Of a stretch of DNA of 64,000 nucleotides, positions 25,201-36,659 are shown one piece after another. The stretch's first letter is position 1, and each line of letters opens with the position of its first letter. The position numbers and the translations under genes were made by a program. Source of the stretch: Botryllus schlosseri (taxonomy: Eukaryota); contig CM119372.1 in the NCBI GenBank assembly GCA_051294905.1, positions 8,930,001-8,994,000 on the forward strand, given 5' to 3'. Below the pieces are notes generated by a model, which was given only the letters and a program-made list of their open reading frames with translations, was not told the DNA's origin and did not search any database.

Positions 25201-26572
25201 GTGGTTCTCAAACTTTTCAAGGCATGTCTTGGAATTATCATGGTGAAATATACTAAGAAAAAGTTAATGAAGTCCCTGCATTAATTAGATTTTTAGTATA
25301 TATTTTATCAATATTTTTAAAAAGTTTCTTTAGACTCTCGCGGGCCGCACAGAACGGTGTTGCGGGCCGTAGTTTGCCCACCCCTGGTATATAACATTGA
25401 TAATTTGACGATGATCACTTATGATGGGTTACAATTTTTAGAAAAAGTCCAGTCAGAAATTTTTAAGATTTGCTTGGGTCCGTTATAATTCACATGATAT
25501 AATTTACAATCATACAAATGTTACTCGGTATAACTATACTAAACCCGGTAAAGCGGTATTAGCAAAAGCTACAATAGAACTGTCTTTATTGTTTTGTTGG
25601 TCACAGCGAGTGTGATGTTTAGCATCTTTTAGTTCTTGCTAGTTCTTAATGCCTTGGTGCTAAAGTGATGAGGTAGTGGCGAAGGTTGCACTGGTCATAC
25701 ACTTGTGAATGTTTGAAAATGGACTGAACTATCAACTATAATGGACTAAATTTTGTTACGAAACCAAGTAGGGTCCGAATTCAGCATGGAAAAGGTTTGC
25801 ATTTGGACCACGATCCGCCAATAGAGTCGCACTGGATTACAGAATGTGCTGCACTGTAATATATTGCTCTATACGAAGCTTGTGATTTTATATTTGTCAA
25901 AAAGTTATGGAAATTCTGTTATCATCGGTTACTTTTCCATGCAATCAATTTGGTAAATCATCCGTCAAAACCCAATCGCTAGTAGCCTAATACTGCAGGC
26001 AAAAATGATAGCAATTCCCGGCAAATGCGTCTGTTTAGAATTCTACTCTCTTTAAATCCAATTGCTTCAATTTATGGCATATACTTAGCACAAATTCGTC
26101 ATTGATCCGGAGTTTCGGAGCAAGGTTCACACACGAGCACTATATGGCGATTTGAAAGAAATTTCTCCTGGATTTACTGGAACTGCCAGATTCTATTGTA
26201 AAGATCACGAGTGCAAGTACGTGTGCAAATCCAAGCTTGGTTGAATAACGAATATCATTATAATTTGTTATCTGTAGAAATTACTTGGGATTGGAGATGC
26301 AATACAAAAGCAAGAAATTCCCTACTCTGAAAGCCGATCAATTGCTATTCGAAGACGTTTACGGAACCAGGGAGCACTGCAAGCAATGGAAGAAATGCAA
26401 ATTTAAAATTGAAAAGCATCCAGATGAAAGTGACGATGAAGATGACGACCTAAGCTCACAGATTGCTGCTATCAAACTGAAAAAATCAAATAACATTGTC
26501 AGTGCAGATACTATTTCGAATGATATTGCTTTTGAGTATTTAGACAACTGGAATCACTTTGTTAAAGACTGA
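1246..26572 (+). CDS. Gene A: IRE1-like kinase-KEN RNase fused to RIG-I-like receptor helicase and CTD (spliced, about 1181 aa)
   Basis: Exons read by hand: 1246-1352, 1413-1530, 1590-1649, 4579-4693, 13089-13315, 14860-14998, 15237-15364, 15422-15613, 15688-15863, 15932-15981, 16165-16211, 16278-16305, 16367-16459, 17625-17751, 17806-17943, 18007-18145, 20217-20382, 20503-20610, 21065-21207, 21266-21386, 21997-22218, 22269-22436, 24096-24250, 24311-24466, 26089-26216, 26278-26572. They sum to 3546 nt with all phases compatible. Motifs: [97 protein letters not shown]. Confidence 0.88.
8510..8907. mobile_element. hAT MITE (CAGTGGTTCCCAAC family)
   Basis: TIRs present; TSD tgctatac/tgctagac. 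It interrupts the transposase remnant. Confidence 0.85.
9195..11542. mobile_element. hAT non-autonomous element (CAGTGGTTCCCAA family)
   Basis: TIRs present; perfect TSD ttttagac. Internal sequence is shared with 18620-19765 and 37437-38091. Confidence 0.85.
9792..10615. mobile_element. hAT MITE (CAGGGGTGGGCAAAC family), innermost in the nest
   Basis: TIRs present; perfect TSD ttataggc. Homologous to 24581-25386. Confidence 0.9.
15422..15863 (+). other. Gene A KEN (kinase-extension nuclease) domain exons
   Basis: FYQNVSD...LEKGG...GNW...[13 protein letters not shown]...LGPYPDG...[13 protein letters not shown]...KYY. This aligns by eye with IRE1 FFQDVSD...DLLRAMRNKKHHY...LGSLPD..FTSRFPHLLAHTY. 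Confidence 0.92.
17203..17381. mobile_element. Short MITE
   Basis: CAGTGGCGTAG / CTAAGCCACTG, TSD cctagacc. Confidence 0.75.
18620..19765. mobile_element. hAT MITE (CAGTGGTTCCCAAC family)
   Basis: TIRs, GGGGGCGA subterminal repeats, perfect TSD ggttagat. Confidence 0.9.
22452..24048. mobile_element. TAGGGCTGG-TIR element with nested insertions
   Basis: TAGGGCTGGACAAGAT / ATCTTGCCCAGCCCTA. It contains 22639-22897 (CAGAGG TIR, TSD acaagatt) and fills most of the GC-AG intron of gene A. Confidence 0.65.
24581..25386. mobile_element. hAT MITE (CAGGGGTGGGCAAAC family)
   Basis: TIRs present; perfect TSD gtatataa. Long homology to 9792-10615. Confidence 0.9.
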
Positions 26573-27266
26573 TAACGTAGTGCACCTGATGCTGCAGTAC
26601 TAAGTAATTCAATTTTGACGCGTCATCCTTGTATCATGTACTGTTTTTGATGTTTGTGCTAACGCTATAACTAAAAAAATGTTCCTAATAGTTTTCCTCT
26701 GTCTCATGCTCAAATCATCCATCTCAATCTACTATTGGAGCAGCAATTTATTCATTTATGGTAATTCACCAGCCTGCTCATGATTATGCTCATGAAATAC
26801 TATCAATTATGAAAAGTAATCGATAATCACGAATGCATTAAGTACTGTTCTAACTACATTTTAGAAGGAGTATTGGTTTTAAATTTTAGATTCTAAAATA
26901 TGTTTTAAAATGTGTTAGGTAACTGAATGAGTTGTGTGCACGGATGAATTCATTGCTTTAATACAATTATATTGTGTTATATGTAGATTTGATCACGTTT
27001 CAGCATTTAACCCTAGCTATTGTAGAATCGAATGAAATTGTATTTCTCTTGTATTTGCGTAGAACCAAATGAGATATCCTCTGTCAGCTTAAAGCCTTAT
27101 TAGATTTATATGTAGCTATATGTACGAATCACCTTTTAAATTTAATTCATCTATATAGGCATTTGTAAACTGGTTTATTCAAACCAGGTTGTTGTTACTA
27201 TGAGTATCAAACAGATGGAGAGTCCGTAAACTAGTGTAGTTTTAACTTATTTACTTGACCATTGCA

Positions 27267-30200
27267 ATGTCTGTCAAATTGCGTGCGGTGGGTGAACACA
27301 AGGTCATCAAGATACCCCGTCTACCAGACTATAAAGGAACATTTGCAAAAGTTTACTTGTAAGTAAACGTTTATAATTTTCCCATCACTCTACTAACAGT
27401 CATTGTTCAACAGTGGTCGCTTTGATGAGCGGAATGTCGCCGTAAAAAAAGTGGATGAAGATGATAAATACTCCAAAAAAGAACTTGAATATCTGCGAGA
27501 ATTTCAACATGAGAACATTGTCCGCTATCTGTTCATGGTAAGCTGCTTTATGGTAACGATTTTTATGTAAGTATAATTCATCCCTGATGTTTTAAGGATA
27601 CTGATGAAAATGACGCATCATTCTATATTGTGCTTGAGAAATGCGACTGTACTCTGAGGGAGGTTCGTTGACAATTTTGGTGCACATTTATTTTATACCG
27701 GAGCTCTGCCTTGAGAGTGAACCAACGAAATTCTATAGTAACGTGTTCGTGTTTGTTTGTCCTGTGACATTGGATTCCGTTGGTACAAAATGTTCATCTT
27801 TGTAAAACAAAATAGCTGGTCAACTATTCACATATTTGTTCTCAGTGATGTGATGTCTTGACGCGTGCCATTAAGCTATGCCCACGGAGGTAAAAGTAGC
27901 ACAATTAAGCTAGTATCTGCCACTTTTTTTACTCAACTTGTAGTTTCTTGAGTGTTCTGCCTCAGAAAAGCCTGCCAATACACCTTATCACTTCGTTTCA
28001 AAAAGACTGCCGTGTGTACTATCATACTTTGATGGTTTGTCGATGGACCCCTGAACTAATAAAACTGACTCCATCTAATGATTGCCCGCACCTGCACTTT
28101 GTAATAAATGGGTATGAAAATTTAAAAGTAATATTATAGTCTATCAAATATTGAAGGTAACAAAAAAATGAAAATGGTACACTCAAGAACCATAGGATTA
28201 GTAACAATTGAATAGAGGTAATATAATAACGAATATAGGTACATTTCACACAACAACAATGATACAATCCAGAAACAAATCAAATGAGAAGCCCATTGTT
28301 GTCTCTTTTTGCTCTAAAACACTGCTGTCTGGTCATTAATAATTATCCCAAATATGGTACTTGTAACTGTGCCACACAACCCTGTGTTGCATTGTTGGAT
28401 CACAGATATTACAGATGAAAAACATCAAACTAATAACATTGATTGAAGTGATGCATTGTCACTTTGAAAGCATTACTTTCCTGGATTAAAAGAGCTCTGG
28501 ATGCCCTGAATTGTTGAATGATGTAATTATATTTGAAGAAAACTGAGATTAATTGTAATTGCAGACTTTGTTTTTGATGCAATTGTGATTTTCATGTAGA
28601 GGAATGTGACATGCATCAACGCCAAAAGATTGCTCTTCAATTCGAATCATTAACATTACCTGGTGTTACGAATAGAATCTTTCAATTACAATAAATTGTG
28701 AAACTGGCGCTTTACAAGTTGGCCAGAAACCAATCCCATTTAATGACAGCAAAATCTTCCGAATTGATACGAAAATAATCATCTTATTGAAAATATAAAT
28801 TCTGATAAAGCATCAGTCATTCTTATCCAACTATCAGCGCTTACTAGCGAACTACAGGCAACAATTGATTGCCTGTTTGGTAGGTGTTAGCAGTTTATTG
28901 CATGCAATATCGTGTCCTTTATTAAGATGCAACAACTTGTTTGTGTTGATATTCATTCCGGAGTTCAGGTTACCGTAATTTAAATACATTATTATATCGT
29001 GACTATGCTGAGCAGTGCATTTATGATTTCGTTAGTTCATCAATCGGAAAGAACACACCATACCGCCGCTTGAAATATTATGGCCTCTTACTACTGGCTT
29101 AGCATATCTGCACGAGGAAAAGAACTTGGGTTGGTAAAGAGTAGTCATTACTTATTTTTGGCTAATGTATCTAATCGGATGTGTTGATCCAGTGCACAGA
29201 GACCTGAAACCATGCAATATTTTGATGATTCAAAAAGACAGACACTGGATTCCTAAGATATCAGATTTTGGTATAAGCAAGACCATTGATAGGAACAAAA
29301 CAAAAGTAACGCAAACAGGAATCAAAGGAACCGTAGGTTTTATGTCCCCAGAGGCGTTGCGAAACGAAAAAGTGGATCAAGTAGGTGGTGGGATTGGGAT
29401 TGTAACAATCTGGGAGCTTCTAAGGGTTTGTTGCCATTTAGCAAGCTGATATATTCTCTCTGGGAATCATATTCTATTATGTGTTGAGTCATGGGGAGCA
29501 TCCATTCAAATCAGATGAGCTCAAGTTGGAATTTGACATACGAGAAGGGAAGGTCAGTCCCGAAATAGACGATCTAGAAATGGATGCAAAATCTCTCGTA
29601 CAAGCCATGATTGCTCACGACCGCAAAAGCAGACCGAAGATTCTTGAAGTTATGGCTCATCATTTGTTTTGGGATGGCGAAAAAAAGATGAATTTCATTC
29701 AGGTTTCCTCACAATATACGAACCAAACGGTACATTATTTTCATGTTCATTCTTTTTTTGCAGGAAGTTTCGGATATAGTGATTACAGACGAGTACAATC
29801 CCATCTTGGCGCCCATACTCGAGGCAAAACAAGAATATGTAGTTGGCGATTGGAGAGCTGTACTCTATGCAGAATCTCCGATAATCGAGCAGGTTTTTGA
29901 AAAAATGAGAAATAAGAAGCAGAATAACGGGGTGTGCGACCTGCTTCGAAATATCAGGAATCTGGTGAGTTTATGCATTTCAGAAATACAGTTTGCTTCA
30001 GGGAAGTTGGAAACGTCATTAAATTTATATATTGTAATTTGCTACTAAAATTACTCGTGTGAAGACATTTCCTGGAGTAAAATGAATTTTCCGCTACTAG
30101 TGATATATTTTCATCAAAGACCATAGTGACATGAAGAACCGCAATCCTTTCGAAATTGCTGTCATTTGCATGAATAATGTATATGTTACAGATAATAATT

Positions 30201-30931
30201 ATCGTAATTTTTAATACCACATTGCTGAAAACAGCAAACCTTGTCCTGCCGGCTAGATGTTGTTTTAATTTCGACCAACAATCCCCTGAATTCACCAGAA
30301 CAACATCTGACACGTAACTAAAATTTGGCTCCACTTGATAGGTTATTTTAATTCATATCATGATAATTTTCCGCACTGCACACTCGTTGATATCATAACC
30401 AATGTTCCCTCTAATTTTGTAGAGTCTGCGCACACTCACCAACTCACTGCGCAGACCCTTGAACAACAGTGCGTAACGACTAAAAAAAGGTCATCACTTC
30501 GGATTTTTTGTGCGCAACTTAGATATTCAATGTGCCGAGACTGTGTCATCACTGCGCATTTGCGCACGTGCGCAGCTTAGAAGGAACATTGATCATAACA
30601 TTGTTTTATGAAAGCCATCGTTATTCATGTAATTTGCTTCATAATCATTCATTTTCCATCAAATATATTGACGTAACAAAGAACTGTAACTGAATTGTAC
30701 AAAGTAGATTTCTGATGATGTATATGAAATTATTTGATAAATATTCTTGTGTCTTTTCCAGAAAAACCATTACAAAGAAAAGCCAGACGAATTCAGAAGT
30801 CTGCTCGGAGAAATGCCGGAAGGAGTGATGGAATTTTTCACCACTCGCTTCCGCAAACTAATCCCCTTTGTGTATGAAGAACTACGGCAAAAACGTGTTG
30901 AACTTGGCCTAGAAAAGTACTACATATACAA
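27267..30931 (+). other. Gene B kinase and KEN domain exons
   Basis: [81 protein letters not shown]. Confidence 0.93.
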
Positions 30932-33900
30932 GTACAATAGGCTGCAATGATATAGGATAATATTTACGGTAACCATGTTCCCAAATCCTACAGGGGCCAC
31001 ACAGGACTCAACTTGAGTCGAAGCCCACCAGTGCCAGGTTAGTTTTTATCTTATGCAGATGACATGACTGACACAATGTCAAACTGTAAACTTCTCAATT
31101 CAATTCAAGTAGAATCTAAAAAGTTTGAAGCAAATTTTACAATTTGGTTTAGTCAAATCCAATGTGGGTTGGATGCAATTTATTATAAATGTTCTAGTGA
31201 TACTCTACTGAATCGTATCACACACATGTTTTAGACTCCAATTTGCATACTAGCTTGAACTGCATAGTTTCGATCGAGTCTAGATTCTCGTTTTTGTTAC
31301 TCAGCTGTACAAAGCACGGGCTATAACAACTTGGAAGAATGCTCTACTGACAAACTGATACTACGAGAGTACCAAAAAGAGCTTGCAGAAAAAGCCATCG
31401 AAGGAAACAACTCGCTAATAATCGCTCCGACAGGTGAATGTATATACATTGTAGGAATATAGATTGATCCTAGTGAAATATGGATTTATAGGATCTGGGA
31501 AGACTGCTGTAATGGCAGGAATCATTGAAAATCATATCACCAAATCTACTGCCGGATGTATTATATTTCTTGTGCCGAAAACTGCCCTCGCTCACCAGCA
31601 GTATAAGTTCTTGCAGAGGTGGGGAATATTGTGTAGTTGCGTAGTACAATTGAGTTTGAACAATAACGATTTCAGGTATCTTCCTTGTTCTGTTGACTTT
31701 ATTATCGGAGAAACTGCACCCACTGTTCCACCGGGGCAGAAGATACAGGAAAGCAAGGTCACCGTTTTGACTCCGCGAATTTTAATTAACGAGCTTAAAA
31801 GGTAGGTGTTTCATAACAGTGTCTTTGTGTAGATTTGGAGCAATGGGATTGCCGAATTAAACGTGGCAAACTATATTTGATGGTAGTTATGTCACATACA
31901 GTTTAATACCATTTTACTTTTGATATTGAATGTATTGTGTTACGTTCTGCATAGGACCTGCGATAGCATTCTGAACTACAGCAATGCTATTATTCAGGAA
32001 AGACAACGAAAGATACGTTTCATTCGAGGATATATCACTACTCTTATTTGACGAATGTCACAATGCAAACAAGAAGCATGATTTCAAGCAGATTCTCGAG
32101 CTTTTTGTGGACTACAAGCAACAGAACAATTCCAACGGTTTCCAAATCCAAGTAAATGTCAATTTCTTTAGAGCATTGATCTTGACGACTTCGAATTTGG
32201 AGCAGACTGGCAACCTTCCTCCTAGATTGTTGGTGTAACGGCATCTCCCGGAATAGGTCGGGCGAAAGACAGAAGCAAGGTTAAAAGCAATCTACTCGAA
32301 TTGATGGCTAATTTGGATGTCACGATACCGCCAGTAACTGTAAAAAGGAATGTGGAAGAGTTGAAGAGGCATCAAAACGAAATTTCAGAATGTTAGCAAA
32401 TGCAATTTTCATTGTCTCATTAAGCAGCGGACATAATACAACATTTATTTAGACTACGTATCGGTTCAGACAGAATCTGAGTTTGGAAATGAAGTCGTTA
32501 AAGTTATGATGGACATTGAGAACAGCGTCAAAATGCTGAATCTACGGCACAATGGTAAAGGTTGGATTGATACGCATTCTGGCGTTCGATGACAACATTG
32601 TCTTTTAATCTAGCCGAACATCTCAACAAGATGCCAAAAAATCGATCGCATCAGGCATACGAGAACTGGACAGAAGCATTGAAAAATCACGCAAAGCTTA
32701 ACATGAGCGACGAGGACTCCAGTAGAATCCTTTTCACATACGCGGAGCACCTCAATGTGACTACAGCACACCAATTTATCATAAAGAGGCTTATCGCAGT
32801 TCATTATTTTAGATGTATAACTTCCTACTTCAATTGAAAGATCTTGTGCCGAACGCAATGACTCATGCCAATAAGATGGTGAAATTCTTGGAGGAAGGCT
32901 TCGAAAACAGAGACTTGTATGCGAAAAACAAGGGTAAACTGACAATTAGCACAATACACATGTATTTGCCATTAACATCGTTACTGTCTCCCAGCTCTGC
33001 TGTTGAAAGCTGAGAATGTCAAAGTTCCGATGCTGGTGAAACTGTTCAGCATAATTAAAGAGGAATTTCACACGAATGAAGAGGCCAGATGCATTGTCTT
33101 CGTGAAAAGGAAACTTACGGCGACCAGCTTGGAAGATTGCATGAAAAACGATGACGAGCTTGCAAGATTAAACGCAAAATGTCTGATGGGCACCCATGGA
33201 GCAGGAACGGATGAGGGTATTACAGTTCACGCCTATTGCGTGAATATAGGAATATTCGCTGTTCATCGGGTAGGGATATAGCCTTTTCAGAGGTGATCAA
33301 AGTAGTCAGCGTTGCTACTCAAGTAGAAGTGGCAGTAGCAATTCGCCATGCATGACAAAACTACTTACGAGCTGCATATATTTAGCAGTAAATCGGACAT
33401 GTTTACTTTCGTCATTACAACCAGCCCAAAATGAGTAACGATGTTACAAATTGGTGCAATTTTCTGTTTCGGTTACTGTAATATATAGGGGCTATTTCAT
33501 GCCATTCAAATGAAAATTTCACTCTGTTTAGTGATGACAAAAGTTACACAAGATGCGATCATCCAAGCTTTCAGCAGCGGAGACACCAAGATTATCATTG
33601 CCACTTCTGTAGCCGAGGAGGGCATTGATATAAAGAAATGCAATCTTGTAATCATGTATAATTACGTGACTGGGGAGGTCGGAAGAATACAGCGTAAAGG
33701 TACTGAAATTACTGATGGCAATGCATTTTTTGATGGAAAACAAGCTGAAATATTGTATGTTTTGGACATTTCTATCGAGGCTGTAATGTCACGTCTGCAG
33801 ACTTCGCATGCAGAATTATTGCGTAAAGCATTTGCTATCACTCCTTTTGCTCAAAAAAAGTATTGAAATTGCCTATGGCAATGATCCGATCCAAGCAGCA

Positions 33901-35611
33901 CTAAGCATTCTGGATGTTCATAACTCTACGTTGGAAATGTGGAAAATACATTTTCTGACACACATAATTTTCAGGTAGAGGAAGAGCATCTGGCAGCAGA
34001 TCAATACTTATCACTTCGGTTGGCAGCGATCATACGAAGCAAGAAAAGGACAATCTCATTTGTGCACAAGCAACTGACCAAGCAATCAAGGACGTCAATG
34101 CAATGTCTTCGTCAGAGCTGCAGCAAGAGGCAGCATATATACTCTGAATCACATCAAACATTGTACACAACTTGATGGTATTTCGTTCAGATAAAGAGAA
34201 TTCAGGACAAAGATAAGGCTGAAAGGAAAATGATCTTGGAGATGACCCAAGCGAAAAAGGGCTCTCCTTTAGATTGGGAAATACTATGCGTCAAATGCAA
34301 AACGTTCCTAACTGCTGCAGATAAGCTTGGGCATATCGATGATGTTGTAAGAGTTTGACATACATACCATATGCACGCTGTGTATTAGAAACAACTGCTT
34401 TTATTGCAGCACATAGCCGTACAGGACCCTGGGTTTCATAATAGAGTCTCAAGAATTGAACAAAAAAGCCAAAAGGGTCCCGACATCCAAGGCACTGCGG
34501 ATTTGGTCTGTGGCAATCCGAAATGCGGGTAGGTTTGTATTAACGAACCGGTGCATGGTTTACAGCAGGGGTCACCAACACGCGGCCCTCGAGGTCAAAT
34601 TTTGCGGCGCGCGACCTGATTTTAGATTTCGAAAGAACGCAAAGTAACGCATTGTGAAATGCTAAAATTTATTTCAGTTTAAAAATATTGACGTTGTTCA
34701 AAATCAGCTATTCTATTGTGCTCAACATCACCATTCCTCACTAGCTGATACGGCTTCAGCTATGGTAATAGCACTCCATGGAGGAGAATTAGCTCATATG
34801 AATGGGGGCATTGCCTTGGCGTGTAATGGCCCAGACACTGCTAAGACCAAGTCGCTTATAAAACGACCTAGGCTTCCGCACATGATCAAGCTATACTAGG
34901 AGATAGTTTTCCAGCAAGTACCGTGTCTACCTAACCCCAATGTCAATTATTTAGCCACTGAAAAGTGTTGTCAGGTTTTGTGTGCTGCTTCTTAAATAAG
35001 ATATTAGTTCTATTGTGGTAACTATGCCTGCCGCCCACGTTAGAGAGCACAGTGTTGTATGTGCTATGGTTGTTAATCTATGTGGCCTAATTTATCTCGT
35101 TATTGAATTCATGCGCCCCTCAGCCTATGCGAAATTCGATATGTGGATTGTGACCTGCGATCCCTGGTTTACAGGCAGACTTGATAGGCTCTGGAAAACA
35201 TGCAACGCTAAAAGGAATAATCTAAAACTGATACCCCAATTCATCAAAGGATTCATTTTATTCGCATGAAATCAAAATCTATTTTTAACAATCTTACAAT
35301 ATTGGGATTCCAAATGAGCCGTTGGAAATATTTGGCAATGTACTGATTTCAATACTGGTTATTGCAGAACCAAAGTAGCACTGGAGATGGTGTATCACCA
35401 ATCTTGCTACATTATACTGTCATTCAAACGAATAATTCTTCGGAACAAAGACGGGAAGTTTTTGGAGCCCAAGAAAAAGAAAAACTTACCCTTTGCAGTA
35501 ACGAGAAGTGTAGAAGACATGGAAACAAGCGAAAGCAACTCAACTGATGGGAACGAGTCTTTCAATAATGATGATCTTATGGAGAGTTTCGAGATCAATC
35601 AAATTTTCTAG
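27267..35611 (+). CDS. Gene B: paralogous IRE1-like kinase-KEN RNase fused to RIG-I-like helicase and CTD (spliced, about 1123 aa)
   Basis: Exons: 27267-27358, 27414-27537, 27597-27662, 29036-29129, 29193-29380, 29442-29702, 29764-29964, 30762-30931, 30994-31037, 31305-31433, 31492-31618, 31676-31801, 31998-32151, 32226-32391, 32453-32554, 32614-32756, 32813-32933, 32995-33216, 33532-33699, 33975-34129, 34191-34346, 34410-34528, 35368-35611. They sum to 3372 nt with compatible phases. Motifs: [97 protein letters not shown]. Confidence 0.88.
30400..30591. mobile_element. Short hAT-type MITE
   Basis: CAATGTTCCCTCTAA / TTAGAAGGAACATTG, perfect TSD atcataac. Confidence 0.85.
31305..35611 (+). 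other. Gene B RIG-I-like helicase and CTD exons
   Basis: All SF2/RLR motifs Q and I-VI are present. Hel2i has QAYENW. The CTD has two Cys pairs, CVKC and CGNPKC. Confidence 0.95.
34566..35166. mobile_element. hAT MITE
   Basis: CAGGGG...CCCTG ends, perfect TSD gtttacag. Confidence 0.75.
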
Positions 35612-36659
35612 GCTCATAAGGACGCAATTGCATTTTGAGGCAGTGCCTTCTCATAATGACTGTATTTTAGTTATTATTGAATGAAAGGTCTTTTCGCCTA
35701 ATTTTGTTAATTTGTATTATCATGATTTATCTGTTCACAAATGTTGGAAAATTCATCATTGATGCTGGATGAAGAGATTTCATTAATTGATTGTGAATAG
35801 ATAAGAGAGGATATATTTATCATTGCATATCTTCAAATTTGATATGACACAAAAATATTGGTTGGATGCTATATCTAAAATGCAGTTCATGTGAATCCTG
35901 ATATGAAATTAATATTGGTGAGGATATATGAATATGTAGTTCAATATGCTTTACAAGTTGTCTTCTATTGCTTTAAAACAATTTTTTGCTTATTTTGTTA
36001 TCTGTACTTTATTGAAATCATGCTTACGTTACTTAATCTTTGATTCGCAAGCAATCATACTAAAGCTGAGCAATTGAGCAGTGTGCAAACGTCCCATATT
36101 CAACCATCAACCTATTTTGAAATTATGAAAATGATATGATGTCTTGTTTCCAGTGCTGGGGGCCACGTCGCTACTTTATAGCTGCCACGAGTAGCAGCAT
36201 GACTCGGTCATTTCAAATGTTTTTAAAGTGCTGGCAACAAGCCAAACTGTCTAGTTTAATGCCAGACCCTATTTTTCGGTGTTGTTTATCGTATCATAGA
36301 GCAACGCAATTGCGTTTCTTTCTGCCGAGAATGCTAATTCTATGCTATGGAAGGGATTAATCCCCCACATTTACAGAGTATTATTATCGTGAAACCCAAT
36401 TTTTATGAACCTTGACAAATGTAACTGTAATGATGATATTGTGTGCGCCTTGATCGGATGAAAATATATAATATGATGATTTTTACTGTTATTATTATTA
36501 CATGTCATACACATTTCATTGCGATAATGTTTTCAGTGGGTCTATTTAGATTTATAAATTAAATGGGTCTTATGAATGCACGAAATGTTTATTTACTACT
36601 TTTAGCATCACACGTTTATACCATCCGAATAGTTGAATCAACAATGAATATGTTTAGAG

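Larger units (their letters stand above)
16367..26572 (+). other. Gene A RIG-I-like helicase, pincer and C-terminal regulatory domain exons
   Basis: Q motif PRKYQLELA, motif I APTGSGKT, Ib [30 protein letters not shown], Hel2i [38 protein letters not shown] has LCGYC...H...YCKDHEC...FPTLK...KQWKK. Confidence 0.95.

Noticed and set aside
16367..26572. Dicer or FANCM helicase
   Set aside because: The helicase is followed by a pincer and an RLR Zn-CTD and then a stop. There is no DUF283, PAZ or RNase III domain, and motif II is DECH in an RLR context.
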